Source: Ptychomitrium polyphyllum
Lineage: Eukaryota
Assembly (NCBI GenBank): GCA_973851085.1
Contig: OZ316775.1
Coordinates: 2,852,001-2,916,000 of the forward strand
Reading direction: 5' to 3'
Length of the DNA: 64,000 nt
Every line of letters begins with the position of its first letter. Position 1 is the first letter of the stretch. A model generated the notes under the pieces. It had not been told where the DNA came from. It did no database searches and worked only from the letters and a program-made list of their open reading frames with translations. The position numbers and the translations under genes were made by a program. Positions 39,523 through 51,646 of this stretch are shown in pieces.

Positions 39523-41301
39523 AGTCAATCTTCAATCTTCATCTTTTATAAAGTGATGTTGGAAGTCGATGTGTTTTATTCGTGAGTGATGCTTGGAATT
39601 TTTGACAAAAGCAAGACATCCTTGATTGTCACAGATGATGGGCGATGCATGCACTTGTACAATTCCAGTGTCCTCCAAGAGTTGCCTTAGCCACATTGCT
39701 TCTATTGAATAGAAGACTTATTGCCATGTACTCCGCCTCCATAATTGACCTTGTAATTGTGAATTGCCTCTTGCAGTTCTTAGAGAAGGCTTCCACTCCA
39801 ACAAAGAACACATACCCCGTTGCGGAGCGCCTATCATTTGCATCTCTAGCCCAATCTGCATCACAAAACACATGCAACTCAACGTTATCACCTTCCAAAT
39901 ACAACACAAAGTCCAAAGTGCCCTTCAAGTACGTCATAATCTTCTTGTTGGTTTCCCTGTGCATGAGGCCGGCCTTAGACAAGAGTTGGCTCACAACATT
40001 CACCAAAAATGCAAGATCAAACCTTGTGCTGACTATGGCATACAAGAGGGATCCTTTTCCAGCCTTGTATGGAAATTCTTGGATTTTGCCCTCCACTTAA
40101 GCATACTCCTCATCACTCAGCTCCATCACCCTCAAGTTAGCCTCCAAGGGCGTTCCCACTACTTGGCAGTCTTCCATGTTAAATTGCTTCATGGTTATGG
40201 TTTTCATTGCACGATCCCTCACAAACTCCACTCCAATACAATAGTGCTACTAGCCCAAATTACTCATCTCAAACTCTTGCTCTAATTTGGCCTTCAACCA
40301 TTCTAGCTTCTCAAAAAGATTGGCCAACATGATCAAGTCATCCACATACAAAATCATAATCAACAGAAACTTCATGGTTTGCATAATACACAAGGAATGA
40401 TCCGCCTCACTTCTCACGAATCCTTCCTTCCTAAAGAATGCATCAATGCGTTGGTACCATGCCCTTGGTAATTGCTACAGCCCGTATACAGCCTTCTTCA
40501 ACTTGCAAACAAGGTGCTCCAAGCCTTCATATACAAATCCTGGAGGTTGCTCCATGTAAATGTCTTCTTCCAAATTTCCATTTAAAAAAGGCCGTCTTCA
40601 CGTCTTCACAACAAGATGGTGTTAGGGAGCTTGAATTCAACAAAGATACTATCAAGGTATTATCATCACTCAATAAAACTCACTATCCAAGGAGTTTCAA
40701 CATCCACAATCCTACTAGAGCTTAAAAAACATCAAACCAAGCACCTACATGTGCAAAACCTCAAAGTTAGGTGTTTCTAACTCTATCTTCAATAACTACC
40801 AAGTGATCTTGCTCCACACAAGAACAACAACTACAAACACTTCAAGCTACTTCAAAAGACACAATTAAGTGTGAGTGGGCCCATAACCTGATGAAGAAAT
40901 GTAACAACACTAGTACAACAAGCAAGAAGAGGAAGAACAAAGTTGCAACAAGAGAAGTGTGGAGTAAGATGACTCTCACTTCCAAAACCCCTTTACTTAT
41001 ACTTGGGAGTCATCCATCAAAATGTGCCACTTGGCGGCCATGTATTTGCCTCCACAAAATGAGTGCCATGTGGCGTCCAACCCTAACCTCCGTAGCCGCC
41101 GTAGCCGCTACTCTAACCTTCACGGCCGACCTAACCTTAGCCACCATACAAAATCCTTGTTGTTTTTTCTTAATCCTAGCTTCCATATTTCCTATAGCCT
41201 CTTCCTTGACACCCCTTTGACCATTAGCAACCTATCAAGTTCTAGTCCTACATAAGAAAACTTCAATTATGATCACTTTGTATGTTTCACACTTTGCAAC
41301 A
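39523..41301 (-). mobile_element. Internally deleted Ty1/copia element in inverted orientation (5' LTR, PBS, leader fused to RT-RNase H)
   Basis: LTR 40889-41301 plus PBS and leader are the reverse complement of 32346-33040. The leader joins directly to DVKTAFLNG near 40605, followed by YVDD and CDADW..D..DRRS. It is truncated at the end of RNase H. Confidence 0.9.
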
Positions 41302-41842
41302 AATATGAGGTATTGTACAACAGAGGGCATGCTTGCTGATTTATTAACAAAAACATTGTTAAAAGATAGACACCACTTGTTAATAAGGTCATTTGAATTA
41401 AAGGTCCTTTGACCAAGAGCAAAGTGGGAGTGTTGAAAAGGGTGGAATATATAAAGTAATCTTAGTTGAAGTTTTGTTGTATAGGATTAGAGCTTGATAG
41501 GTTGCTAATGGTCTAAGGAGTGTCAAGAAAGAAGCCATAGAGGATATGGAGGCTAGGGTTAAGAAAAGGCAATAAGGATTTTGTATGGCGGATAGGATTA
41601 TGGCTGCCATTAAGGTTAGGGCGATGCTACGGTGGCTACAACGGCTAGGGTTGGCCACCACATGGCACTCATTTAATAGAGGATAATGGATGGCCGCCAA
41701 ATGGCATACTTTGGTGGATGACTCCCAAGTATAAGTAAAGGGGTTTTGGAAGTGGGAGTCATCTTGCTCCGCACTTGTCTTGTTGCAATTTTGCTCTTTC
41801 TCTTCTTGCTTCTTATAGTAGCTTTGTTGCATTTCTTCGATA
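41302..41842 (+). mobile_element. Ty1/copia 3' end (RNase H tail, PPT, 3' LTR), family C
   Basis: Direct-orientation homolog of about 30554-31112, with LTR 41431-41842. Confidence 0.9.
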
Positions 41843-43991
41843 AAATGATTGTCCATTTATAACTTCAACATGTGCGGGGTATTTTTTGTTCATAAGCACC
41901 ATATGTTGTTTAGTTGCAAAATCCTTGTCCATGAAACATGTTGTTGCACTAGTGTCTAATAGAGCCTCACTAACTATTTCATCATCTAACATTTTAATTT
42001 TGATAGGAAATGTAAAGTAAGAAGTAGGGCTTGAAGGCAATAAGAAACCTTGATTTGATTGTCGTTTCTTTGTAGTATCCAGTCGCATTGTCCCTATTGT
42101 GACTAGACAGCCTTGTTTCCAACTCCACCATTGTGCTTTGAGTCTTAAAGGCAGATTCTTTGATTTGACAATTGCACGCTTTATGTCTAGACTTGCTACA
42201 ATACAAACAAAGGTTTTCTCTTCCATGCTTTTTTTTTTCTTTTTTTTCAAACGTCTAAATTAGGCAGCATCAGTTTGCATATATTCTTGTCCTTGTGGTC
42301 GGCTTTTTGATACTCTTAAAAAAGTGATAGCCATACTTTGATGTACTGGTTGCCATCCCAAGTGTTGTTCTTGGCACCTCTCAAATGGTCTATTGTCACA
42401 TGCTATTGCTTGAATAATGAATTTGTACAATGTTTCAACTCTTGGCATTGTGAGTAGTAAGCCCTTTATATTCTCTCTTAAGCCCTATCGGAATTGTATG
42501 ACCAAGGCCTTATCATTCTAATTAAGATTGTAAGTTAATTGTCAAATCTTTGTAGCATATGTAGCAGCTGAATGTTGTCCTTGTTGTAGACTTTGGATCT
42601 TTATCTCAGCCATCCTTTCTCGGTCGGTGTTTCCAAAAGTAAATGTCAATACTTCTATAAAAGTATCTAAATTGTTCAATAATGGTGACTGCTTTTCCAT
42701 TAATGGTGCAAACTACAATAATGCATTATTTGATAAAATAGTAGCTACAATTCCCACTTGAGTTGTGCCATCAGGATAATAAGATTGATACAAACTAAAG
42801 AAGAGCCTTACTTGTTGAACAAAGCCTCTTAATTTTGATTTTGATCTATTGAACTTGTATGGCATGCTAATCTTTGGCTCTGTATGGAATTGAATAAGCT
42901 TTCTCTTCCAATATTGGCCTCTTGCAATCAAACAACGTCTTGATATAGACTTTGAATATCACCATTGAATTCTTCAACTTGCCGAGTGTGTTGCTCTAAA
43001 TTATTGGTGGTTTTAAGCGAGCAAATTATGTTCTAATTGTGTTTAATAATTCTTGAAGGTTTGTAATAATTGCAAACCTATTCTTTAATGTTCCAGGCAC
43101 CTAATCCATTTCTTAAGACTGTCAAAGATAAGAAGATTATGAGTACCTTCAAAGGAGGGTAATCCATGTCCTTTGAAAGAAATAGTACTTGGTTCTAGAA
43201 GGAGAAACCAACTCTCTAGTGTCAACTTAGAGGAGGGTAATCCACAACCTCTAAGACGCTATGGAATTCTAAAGAAGATGGATAATCCACAATCTTCTTC
43301 AAAGAACCTCAGCTTTGACAAAGATGAAGAGTAATCTTGCCAAATTGTTAGGAACACAAGAAATAAGAAACAGAAACGAAGTGTTTTCCAAGAATTAGCT
43401 TCCAAAGAGCTAATGATTAACAAGAACTTGATACAAAGACTAGAACAAGGCAGGATTTAAGATGATCCACAACTTATGTTGGGAAGACTAAGGAATACCT
43501 TGTCTTGCCTCCTATTTATACCATGACGCTTGTATTTCTTAGGATACTTCTAAAGAAGCTTTCTACAAGGCTTAAGAATGTTTTAGAAGTCTAAGGAACC
43601 TTCCATGGAAGTTTCCTAAGGTGTTGGAACCTTCCTTGGAAGTTTTCTAAGGTAGCGGAACCTTCTTAGGAAGTTTCTTAAAAAAATAGAACCTTCATAG
43701 GAAGTTTTTTGAGATGGTGAAACTTTCCTATGAAGTTTTCTAAGATGATAGAACCTTCATAGGAAGTTTCCTAAGGTGATGGAATCTTCCTAGGAATTTT
43801 CCTATAAAGTTACGTAAGATGATAGAGCCTTCCTAGGAAATTTCCTAAGGTGGAGGGACTTCCTAAGGAACCTTCCTAAGAACATGAAAAGGCTATGGAG
43901 ACATTTAAAAGTATTCTAAGAAGCTACTATAATATACCAGAAGGTTCTAGAATGTTCTAAGGACTATGTTGTATGATCTATGTCCGTGACA
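41843..43991 (-). mobile_element. Truncated Ty3/gypsy element, family E (5' LTR, gag, protease)
   Basis: Putative LTR 43120-43991 (TGTCAC...TTGACA on the - strand, with a TATA-like box near 43515). Degenerate gag PKISMPYKF...LRGFVQQVRL, knuckle remnant LYCSKSRHKACNC and protease ALLDTSAT. Confidence 0.8.
43595..43880. repeat. Tandem, partly palindromic repeats of about 30 bp inside the family E LTR
   Basis: Recurring GGAACCTTCCTAGGAAGTTTCCTAAGGTGAT-like unit, about 9 copies. Confidence 0.8.
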
Positions 43992-44984
43992 AGTGGTAGA
44001 GGACCTTGAAACTAAAAACAAGGTTGTAAAGGAGTTTCATGATTCATTTTGGGTTGGGCATAAAGGTGTTTGGGCCACATATACTAAAATCAAAAAAAAG
44101 TATTGGTAGAAAAGTCTGTACAAGGATGTGAAGGACTTTGTAAGTTCATGGATAGAATGCCAATTCCAGTCCAAGGTAAGATATAGAGATGAGTTTCATT
44201 CCACCTATCCACCTTCTATTCATTTCCAATGGATAATAGATTTGGTAGCTATGCCATCAGGACTTTGGGGTATGAAATACTTGGTATTGGAAAGAGAAGA
44301 ACTATCAAATTATGTTGAATGAAGGGCCTTGAGGACCAAAACCATTAAGGCAATTTGCAAAATTCGTTTTGGAAGATATCTTTAGTAGATATGGAAGCAT
44401 TGGAAGAATGAGAGTTGATAGAGGGGAGCTAGATGCTATTGAGGCAAGAAATTTCTTTAAGTGGTATGGAATTCAACTGAAATTGACTACTTCTTATAAT
44501 CCTAAAGCTAATGGTAAAAGTGAAAGGGGTCATCCTCCTATCATTCATGCATTAGTAAAAGCATATAAGGGTAAACCCATTTAGTGGTCTAAACTACTAC
44601 CATTTGCTTTGTGGGTTGATAGAACTACTCATAGTATAATTACTGGTTACATGCCTATTGAATTGATGCTAGGGATAAAACCAATGATGCCAGTTGAAGA
44701 ATATTTCCTTTCATGGATGTTTTTTTTATGGAAAGATGGTCTTGATAGAAAAAGCTAATTAGAACTTTGAATCCAACAATTGGAAAGATTACCTAAGGAT
44801 TTGGAAGTAGCTATTAAGAGGTTAAAGGAAGTAATGTTGAAGAATAGGAAGAGGTTTGATAAAACTCATAGATTGAGGCCAAAGTCTATTCAAATTGGAA
44901 ATTGGATTCTAGTTTATGATAGTAACTTGGAACATCACTGTAGCACTACAAAGAAATTTCTGAAGAAGTGGTTTAGACCATATA
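43992..44984 (+). mobile_element. Degenerate Ty3/gypsy integrase fragment (possibly family B)
   Basis: HDS..VGHKG zinc-binding remnant, WIIDLVAM, IFSRYG...VDRG, YNPKANGKSER and KKWFRPY (GPY-like), with multiple stops. Confidence 0.85.
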
Positions 44985-45075
44985 TAGATAGATCCAAGTG
45001 TATAAGAGCCTTCAACTCTCCAATTTGCTGTGGAAGTTGCTGCAAGGATGAACACTCAGATATACTTAAGAACGT
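44985..45075 (-). pseudogene. Degenerate LRR array, segment 4
   Basis: About 1.3 units of the 72-bp repeat between the integrase fragment and an LTR. Confidence 0.85.
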
Positions 45076-46098
45076 TGTTGTGCTGTAAATAGTTACATGG
45101 CTTAAAACTTAACTAATATGTATTATTTTGTAGATTTTGATTTATTGTATTTTAGAAAGGAGTACTAGGATGAAAAGAGAAATTAGGTAAAAAAGATTAT
45201 TTTGAAACCACGGTTTTGAGTGTCTTCGAGGTAGAACTGCATCTTGTTTTAGCTCAGGTGAAGGTGCCGGTTAACTATATTATTTTCTTCCCTGCCGTTC
45301 TCACTAGCAGTACCAAACCAAGTGCCGCCATCCCAATCAACGAATTCAATGAGAATTGAACTTGGACCGGTTTTGCAGCTGAACTGTATCCAGTCAATCA
45401 AGTTCGTAGCTTGGTGTTTAATTCTGCCTCAATAGTGACTGCATATTCATTGAACTTCAATTTTTTTCTTGTTTTTTCTTTTGTTTTAGTTTTAGTTTTT
45501 TGCTTTGGATTTGTGAGGATTGGTTTTATTTTCTTTTGTAGTTTGGAACCTAGAAGTTTCAACCAAAAAAAAAAAAAAAAAAAAAACACAAGAAAAAGAT
45601 TAGGTTGTTTTCTACTTGAAAATATGGTTAGATAAGGGCTTGATAAAATAAATTAGGGATTGATGTGGAGAGATAAGGCTGATATGGAGTGATAAGAGGA
45701 AAAATTTGGAAGGTAGTACATTAATTACTTTAAGATGATATTGTAAAACTTTGGAGAAAAAAGGCTTGTATAGTGGAAGATATAAGGAAAATTGTAGTCG
45801 GGACTTTCAAAGATGTATATAGCAAAGTTGGGGTTGTACATTTTGGGCCATAAGAGAGGATGAAAGGAATTTCTGAATTTGATAATTTGGTAAAGTGTTT
45901 ATTGTAAGATGCATAATGTTTGTATAAACTTTCAAGTCTAAAATTGTAATAGAAAGAAAGTTATGAAGTAGTAAAGTAAAGGAGGTCTACAAGCTGTGGC
46001 CGTGAAAAGTGAGAACTTTGAAAGGATGGTTATCAATGCTTATAGTAGTTATGGTTATGAAATTTTTAACATAGTTTTATAGATGCCTCAAAAATATA

Positions 46099-46170
<72 letters not shown>

Positions 46171-46389
46171 TTCATTAAACTCTTAGAATAGGAAATATGA
46201 GCAAAATTGTAAGTGGGTTTATGATGGTTGTATGACGTTATGGTTTGGGTGTGGATTGTGATCTTTACAAAGCTTAAAAAGCATGATCAATGAATTCTCA
46301 CTTTAATGACTATCTTGTCAACCTATGGAGTGATTAGTAGCAGTCAAAGGCCCAATGTTTTTTCAAAGCAAGGCTCTCTCTCTACAACA
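45076..46389 (+). mobile_element. Solo LTR, family B
   Basis: Termini TGTTGT...ACAACA, closely similar to 56576-58124. LRR sequence resumes in register on both sides, with a decayed 4-bp duplication (acgt/tcat). Confidence 0.85.
46102..46168. repeat. (TA)n microsatellite, about 33 units
   Basis: Perfect TA run inside the family B LTR. Confidence 0.97.
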
Positions 46390-46626
46390 TCATAAGAGCC
46401 TCCAACTCTCCAATTTGATGGAGAAATTGTTACAAGGATGAACACCATGATTTAAGCAAGCACGTACGAAACTTCAACTCCTCAATTTGCTATGGAAGTT
46501 GCTGCATGAATGAACACCCCTATAAAGTCGAAGAATATAAGAGCCTTCAACTCCCCGATTTGTTGTGAAAGTTGCTGCAAGAATAAACACCCAGATAGGT
46601 CCAAGTGCGTAAGAGACTTCAACTCC
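46390..46626 (-). pseudogene. Degenerate LRR array, segment 5 (5'-most, about 3 units)
   Basis: Translates as ELKSLTHLDLSGCLFLQQLSQQIGELKAL..., ending abruptly against GC-rich non-LRR sequence. Confidence 0.85.
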
Positions 46627-47766
46627 GCGACGGGCTCCCAAGCGAGTAACACAAACTGCCAATGACCGACGTCGCTTGCGAGCCACATGAGCTTGCGAGC
46701 CACATGAGCCGTGGGCTCTGCCTCCAGGAAGCCCCATACAATGCAGGCAAGTCGGGGGCGCGAATGGTAAGAGGCCGGCCAGGACAAGCTCGGACGCGGT
46801 ATCGGCCCAGCATCCAACACGCGGACCACCATGTGTGCATGCAGACATAAAATACGATGAAATGTGCCGGGAGATGCCCCGGGCAGGACCGTCCCTGCCA
46901 CGGAGTCCCGCGGCTACAGTACAACACGGCCCACCCTCATACTTTGCTGGACGCGTCATTCGGAGTAACTCTAGGTGCTGTGGATGTTCACATTCACCTT
47001 CGTTGAGCTTATCAGATGTGGAATGGACAAAGCATCAGCCCACTAGTCACGTCACAATTCTAGTGTTTATTGCACTCTCTTTCAGAATTGGAGCAAATTG
47101 TGCGTCACTGGAGTTCCACTGTAGACTGGATTGGAACAATAGTGTGCACCACACTGTTTCACATACACGACGTACTCATGAACATCAAATCTCACAGCAG
47201 TGGAACCTTGATCAGGTCCCAGAACGTGAAGTTTGCCCTATTTCCTAGCCACTACAGTTGCTTTCGAGAAACCGGATTAAAACTAGTCCTCTTGGGTGTT
47301 CTCGTCATCTCAATTCTCTGCAGTATGAGGTGCAGTCACCACCCTCGATCACCTCTCCGTGTACCACGGCCAACAGAACTGCCGAACATGTTTGTATTCT
47401 CCCAACGGTCTATTAGAGCACTCCGTCTCCGCCAGTACCGGACTCTCCATCTGCCTGCAATCACGCAATGTGGATTTTGGTGAGTCAGTGCGAACAGGAA
47501 GAATATGATGTGAAGTCAACGGTACGCCGTCATTGATGAATGTAGGCGTTTTCAGCTCACGGAAAGGATCCCAAGTCATCGGTTCTTAACACGAACTACT
47601 TCAGGCTTCAGAGTTGTGTGCTGTACGGTTCATGACATTCACGACGACCCTCCTACACAACCACGTTGCCCACCATGAAACTGAACTCCGTGGGGGAGTT
47701 CACTGTTCAGAAACAGGTGGCAACAAACGAAGCATTGATACCTGAACAAGGCTTCCTGGATCGCCT

Positions 47767-50759
47767 TCACACTGCGTAGATCTCAACGTGCAACCACTTT
47801 GTGGCAGACCATTTGGTGCCTCTAATCACAGGGCAGCCGCCTGCCCAACGAAAGCACACCCCACCATTTTAGTACAGCAGCTTTTCAGTCCCAACACAAG
47901 GAGCCTGTCGAGTTTCAAGAGGGGATATGGGAATGTGAAACAGGACGCGCATTCAACCCAGACATGTGACTCCTCTAAGTTCTTGACAAGCGAGGTATAT
48001 GGGCAGCAAAAAGAGCGTGGCTCTCTTCCAAACCCTAGCCGATCAGAGACTGCACGACGAGTTTTTCACTGCAAACACAGTCCGAAACGGAAGCCTACCA
48101 TGCAAGCTCGTAGGATCTAGAGTGGCATCTGGCTTCATGCTCCAGAACAGCAAGGCATCTCCCATACGCGGTCGCACGGAAATGCCAGCCTTCGCGCATT
48201 CTGATCGCTGATTCCAATCGAGAACCTCACTGGCATTCACCTTCGAAGCTGGGAAAACCGTTTCTCCCCCTTCCTCAACATTTGAGCTGTGCCCACGTCA
48301 TGAAAACGTCAGGACTCATCAGTGAGACCAATGTCATTGCAGACGTACACTTTATCAGCCGAAAGTAGTTTCACCTACACCTAAACCATGCCAAACTGTC
48401 ATTCTCTCCTCACTGGGAGCTAACAGATGATGTAGGATTGCTGGTCGTCGACGCAGGCTGTACAAGCCTGCTCCGCTGCATACACGGGAAACAAGTGCAG
48501 CGCAAGTCGTGTGGTGAGGGGATCAACAGAGCGGAAGACTCACAGATACATCAGTACAGTAGCAATTCGTTGGCCACCGTTCTTGGTGTTCAACGCGTCG
48601 TGAAAGTAGTCATAGTGAGCCTCGTACTTTTCACTCTCTTTGTACTGCAGAACTTGTAAACCTTCACCTTGTTCTGCGTCCAAGAAACAACACGCCGTGA
48701 CTGCACTGAACAGGATGGCACACAAAGCACGCTAGCACGCTCCTGAGCAGGGGCTGTACCAATCCATGCCAGGTGCAGAATGAAAAGTGAAATAGAACCC
48801 ATAAGCGTGGCACGGTTTTCCATGGTGGACTACCAGCACCAAACCAATCACATCGAGAACGCATCAACATGCACAAATTCTTGCCATCGGAAGAAACATC
48901 AAAACCTCATCCGACTAGCATACCACCTACATAAACTCAGCACTGAAAGCAAGGGTGGATCATACACACCAACGGGTATGAATGTGAAATCAGCTATTCG
49001 TTTCTCGATCCTCTTAATCACATGGTCTTGACCACGCATCAAAAATGTTCCTGAACTTGTGCGTACTCTGCAGTATCATAAGCACCGAGTGAAAGCATGG
49101 CTATGAAAACCTGGACATTGCGCAGTCGCCATGTGATGCACGAAACGTTGAGACAACCTAAGATTCACTACACATACATGAGGATCCACCTGTGGAGCTA
49201 ATGGAGACCAAAAGTGTAATCACAGCTGAACTGAAAAAGCTGGCGGGATCAACCACTTACAGACTGCAACATTGAGAAAGAGCCCGATTAGCACGCACCT
49301 GCTGTCTTTGCTCTTTCCAGTAGCACTATCCACAACCGTTGACTTCACCAAGCTTGGCCTCGCTGCCTCAATCAGATGGTTGCATTCCTCTTGTGCCTGT
49401 TCCCAATGCACCAGTCTCGAATTAGACCACTTGATACATCTACGAGTAATCGGCACCAGCGATCCACTTATTCTTATTCTCCTTCAAATGTCACTGAACA
49501 TCATCACATGTTCCCATCACAAGCTCCAACTCAGATGTAGATCGCAAGGGAGTTTTTATTAGAGCACCCCATCAGAACAGACTCCCGTTTCTGTGTCGGA
49601 AATACGCATTATCAGAACGTATGACTATCCAAATAAATTAAAGTTTCATATGCATGATAACAGAGCATGAATTGTAAACAAGACTCACCAGAAAGTCGTG
49701 ATACAAGAAAGCTCTGGGCTCCCAAGATAGGACTTCAACCCAAGGAGTCAAGGCGGTGTCGTCTTTATGCCTGCGACCAGAAACAGACGCTCGTTAAAAC
49801 GTCATAGACCCCATTACTCTAAATATGAGTTTGAATAGCGCTTTTTCAGGTGCAACATGCTACTAGGTGAAGCTAAACACCGACTACGCAAATATACGCT
49901 TCGGTTCAGGGATTAACAGACGATGAGAGCGACTCACGCTCCAATAAATGGTAATTATCGTGTAATTGGAGTAACCATACTGTGTCAGCAAATCAAAATA
50001 TCACATTCATTATCTACTGCTCTTATTGACTCTCAAGTATCCATTTTTGACAGCCTTGCACGATCCAAAGCACTTGAGCAGATACGTTTATTCCAATCAA
50101 TTACCAAATCAATCACCCGCAGCTTTGATAAATTCTCTAACACAACCGCAGTTGAGACTCAATCTCGAATCAACTACAATTAATCTAAAGATTAAGCCTA
50201 AAATACATCCCAAAAGTACCACCATATAATAAAGTGTTCGAAGCTCTCGTGGATTCCGAGTATTGTAGAGCAGGATTACGATGTAATCGGATGCATTCCG
50301 CGATTAGGATAACCAAGACGAAGATCAGGTCACTACGCACAAACTCCAGAAAAGGCGAACTCTGCCCGAAATCGGGCTAAAGCTATCACCATAGCGTCCT
50401 TAAGTATTCAGGAAACGTCAGAAAGACTGAGCTCTGCTAACTCGCAGCAAGTGCCCCTCGACTTCTACCCTATCCAGAAACCCTAGAGGTGACACAGTAT
50501 TGGGTTTCGGAATGCACCAGAGCTCTCGAAAACCGAACCCCAGCGAATTGACGACTAAACCCTATGCAGCTCCTGCATACCTGTGTGTGGGCAGCTTCAG
50601 TTCCACCATAGCTCCGGCTTCAATCGAAGCTCGCCGTCCCGTTGGCACGGCTACCAAGCCCAGCACCAACATGACCATGAGCATAAGAGACAACGCGGCC
50701 AGCACCAGCATCGCTACTGTACCAGCTCCAGTTCTCTGACCTCGACTCAATTTCGCCAT
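47767..50759 (-). CDS. P4H: Prolyl 4-hydroxylase (2OG-Fe(II) dioxygenase), type II membrane anchor, no C-terminal ShKT domain
   Basis: Exons 50759-50581, 49770-49689, 49396-49299, 49067-48970, 48673-48544, 48286-48099, 47840-47767, all in phase. Motifs: N-terminal TM, SWEPRAFLYH, RTSSGTFL, HYD, GGQRIATVLMYL, EGGETVFP, SLHGGCPV, KWSATKW. Confidence 0.96.
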
Positions 50760-51632
50760 GGCTGCTTCCCTCACCCTCACCCTCACCCTCGCCCTCTCCT
50801 CTGATCCAGAACGCTTTTAGGGCAGAGATCTACAACTCCAGCCCCTAACTATGTTGGACAATCCACAGCGCCTAACACTAATACGCTAAAACCGCTTCCG
50901 CTACTAGAAAAGAAAGCGGCATCCAGAACTTCCACTTTGGAAAACGTTATACAGCTCAATGAGAAGCTCTGGAAATGACCTCATTCCCAAAACGAGGCGA
51001 AGCTCTTTAGCTACCTCTCACAAAAACAGAGCAACTGAACAGAAACGAAAAAAACATAACCACCCCAACACAACCCGATGCATCAGCAAATGTTCAACTG
51101 AAAGGCCATCGCCAGACTCGCGTTCCAAAGTGCAACCCAGAAGCTTTCCTCACTCGGTTGAGAGAATTCCTCCGCACTGCTACTCGGATTCCAGAACCCA
51201 CGCCCTCAGAGGCAGATCTATTGCAAGTGTCGGTAGGAAAAGAGTAACCCCTCACAAGTGCAACGAACTGCCATCTCTCGTACCAGCCCCACACGTGCCG
51301 ACAACTTTCTCACAACACCATCCTGAAAAACCTCAAAAACCGAGACCACAACATGAACTCGCCGGAGGTCATCTCATCTCAGGTAAAAGAGTTGGGTTGC
51401 TGCGATGATGACGTCACAGTGACCACAAAACTAGGTGCGATGCTCCCAACAAGATGGATGTGAGCAGAAGAGAGCAGAAGAGGAAGCAGCAAATCCTAAA
51501 CTTGAAGCCAAACTCCAGACTTCAAAGTCAAGATCTCACACGGCGATGCAACACATGAAGTGAATTTACAAGCACAATCTACAATACTATATGCACGGTA
51601 TTTCATGATCAAACTTTTCTGCGATCGTGGTC

Positions 51633-51646
51633 ATGTGGGCCCACAT
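51633..51646. promoter_or_regulatory. Palindromic TCP/site II-type motif in the divergent P4H-LIP1 intergenic region
   Basis: Perfect palindrome ATGTGGGCCCACAT, containing TGGGCC on both strands. Confidence 0.4.

Noticed and set aside
26175..46389. One intact family B element from 26175 to 46389
   Set aside because: The LTR at 45076 has LRR sequence in register on both sides and no PPT, and it is closer to the 56576 copy than to the 26175 copy.
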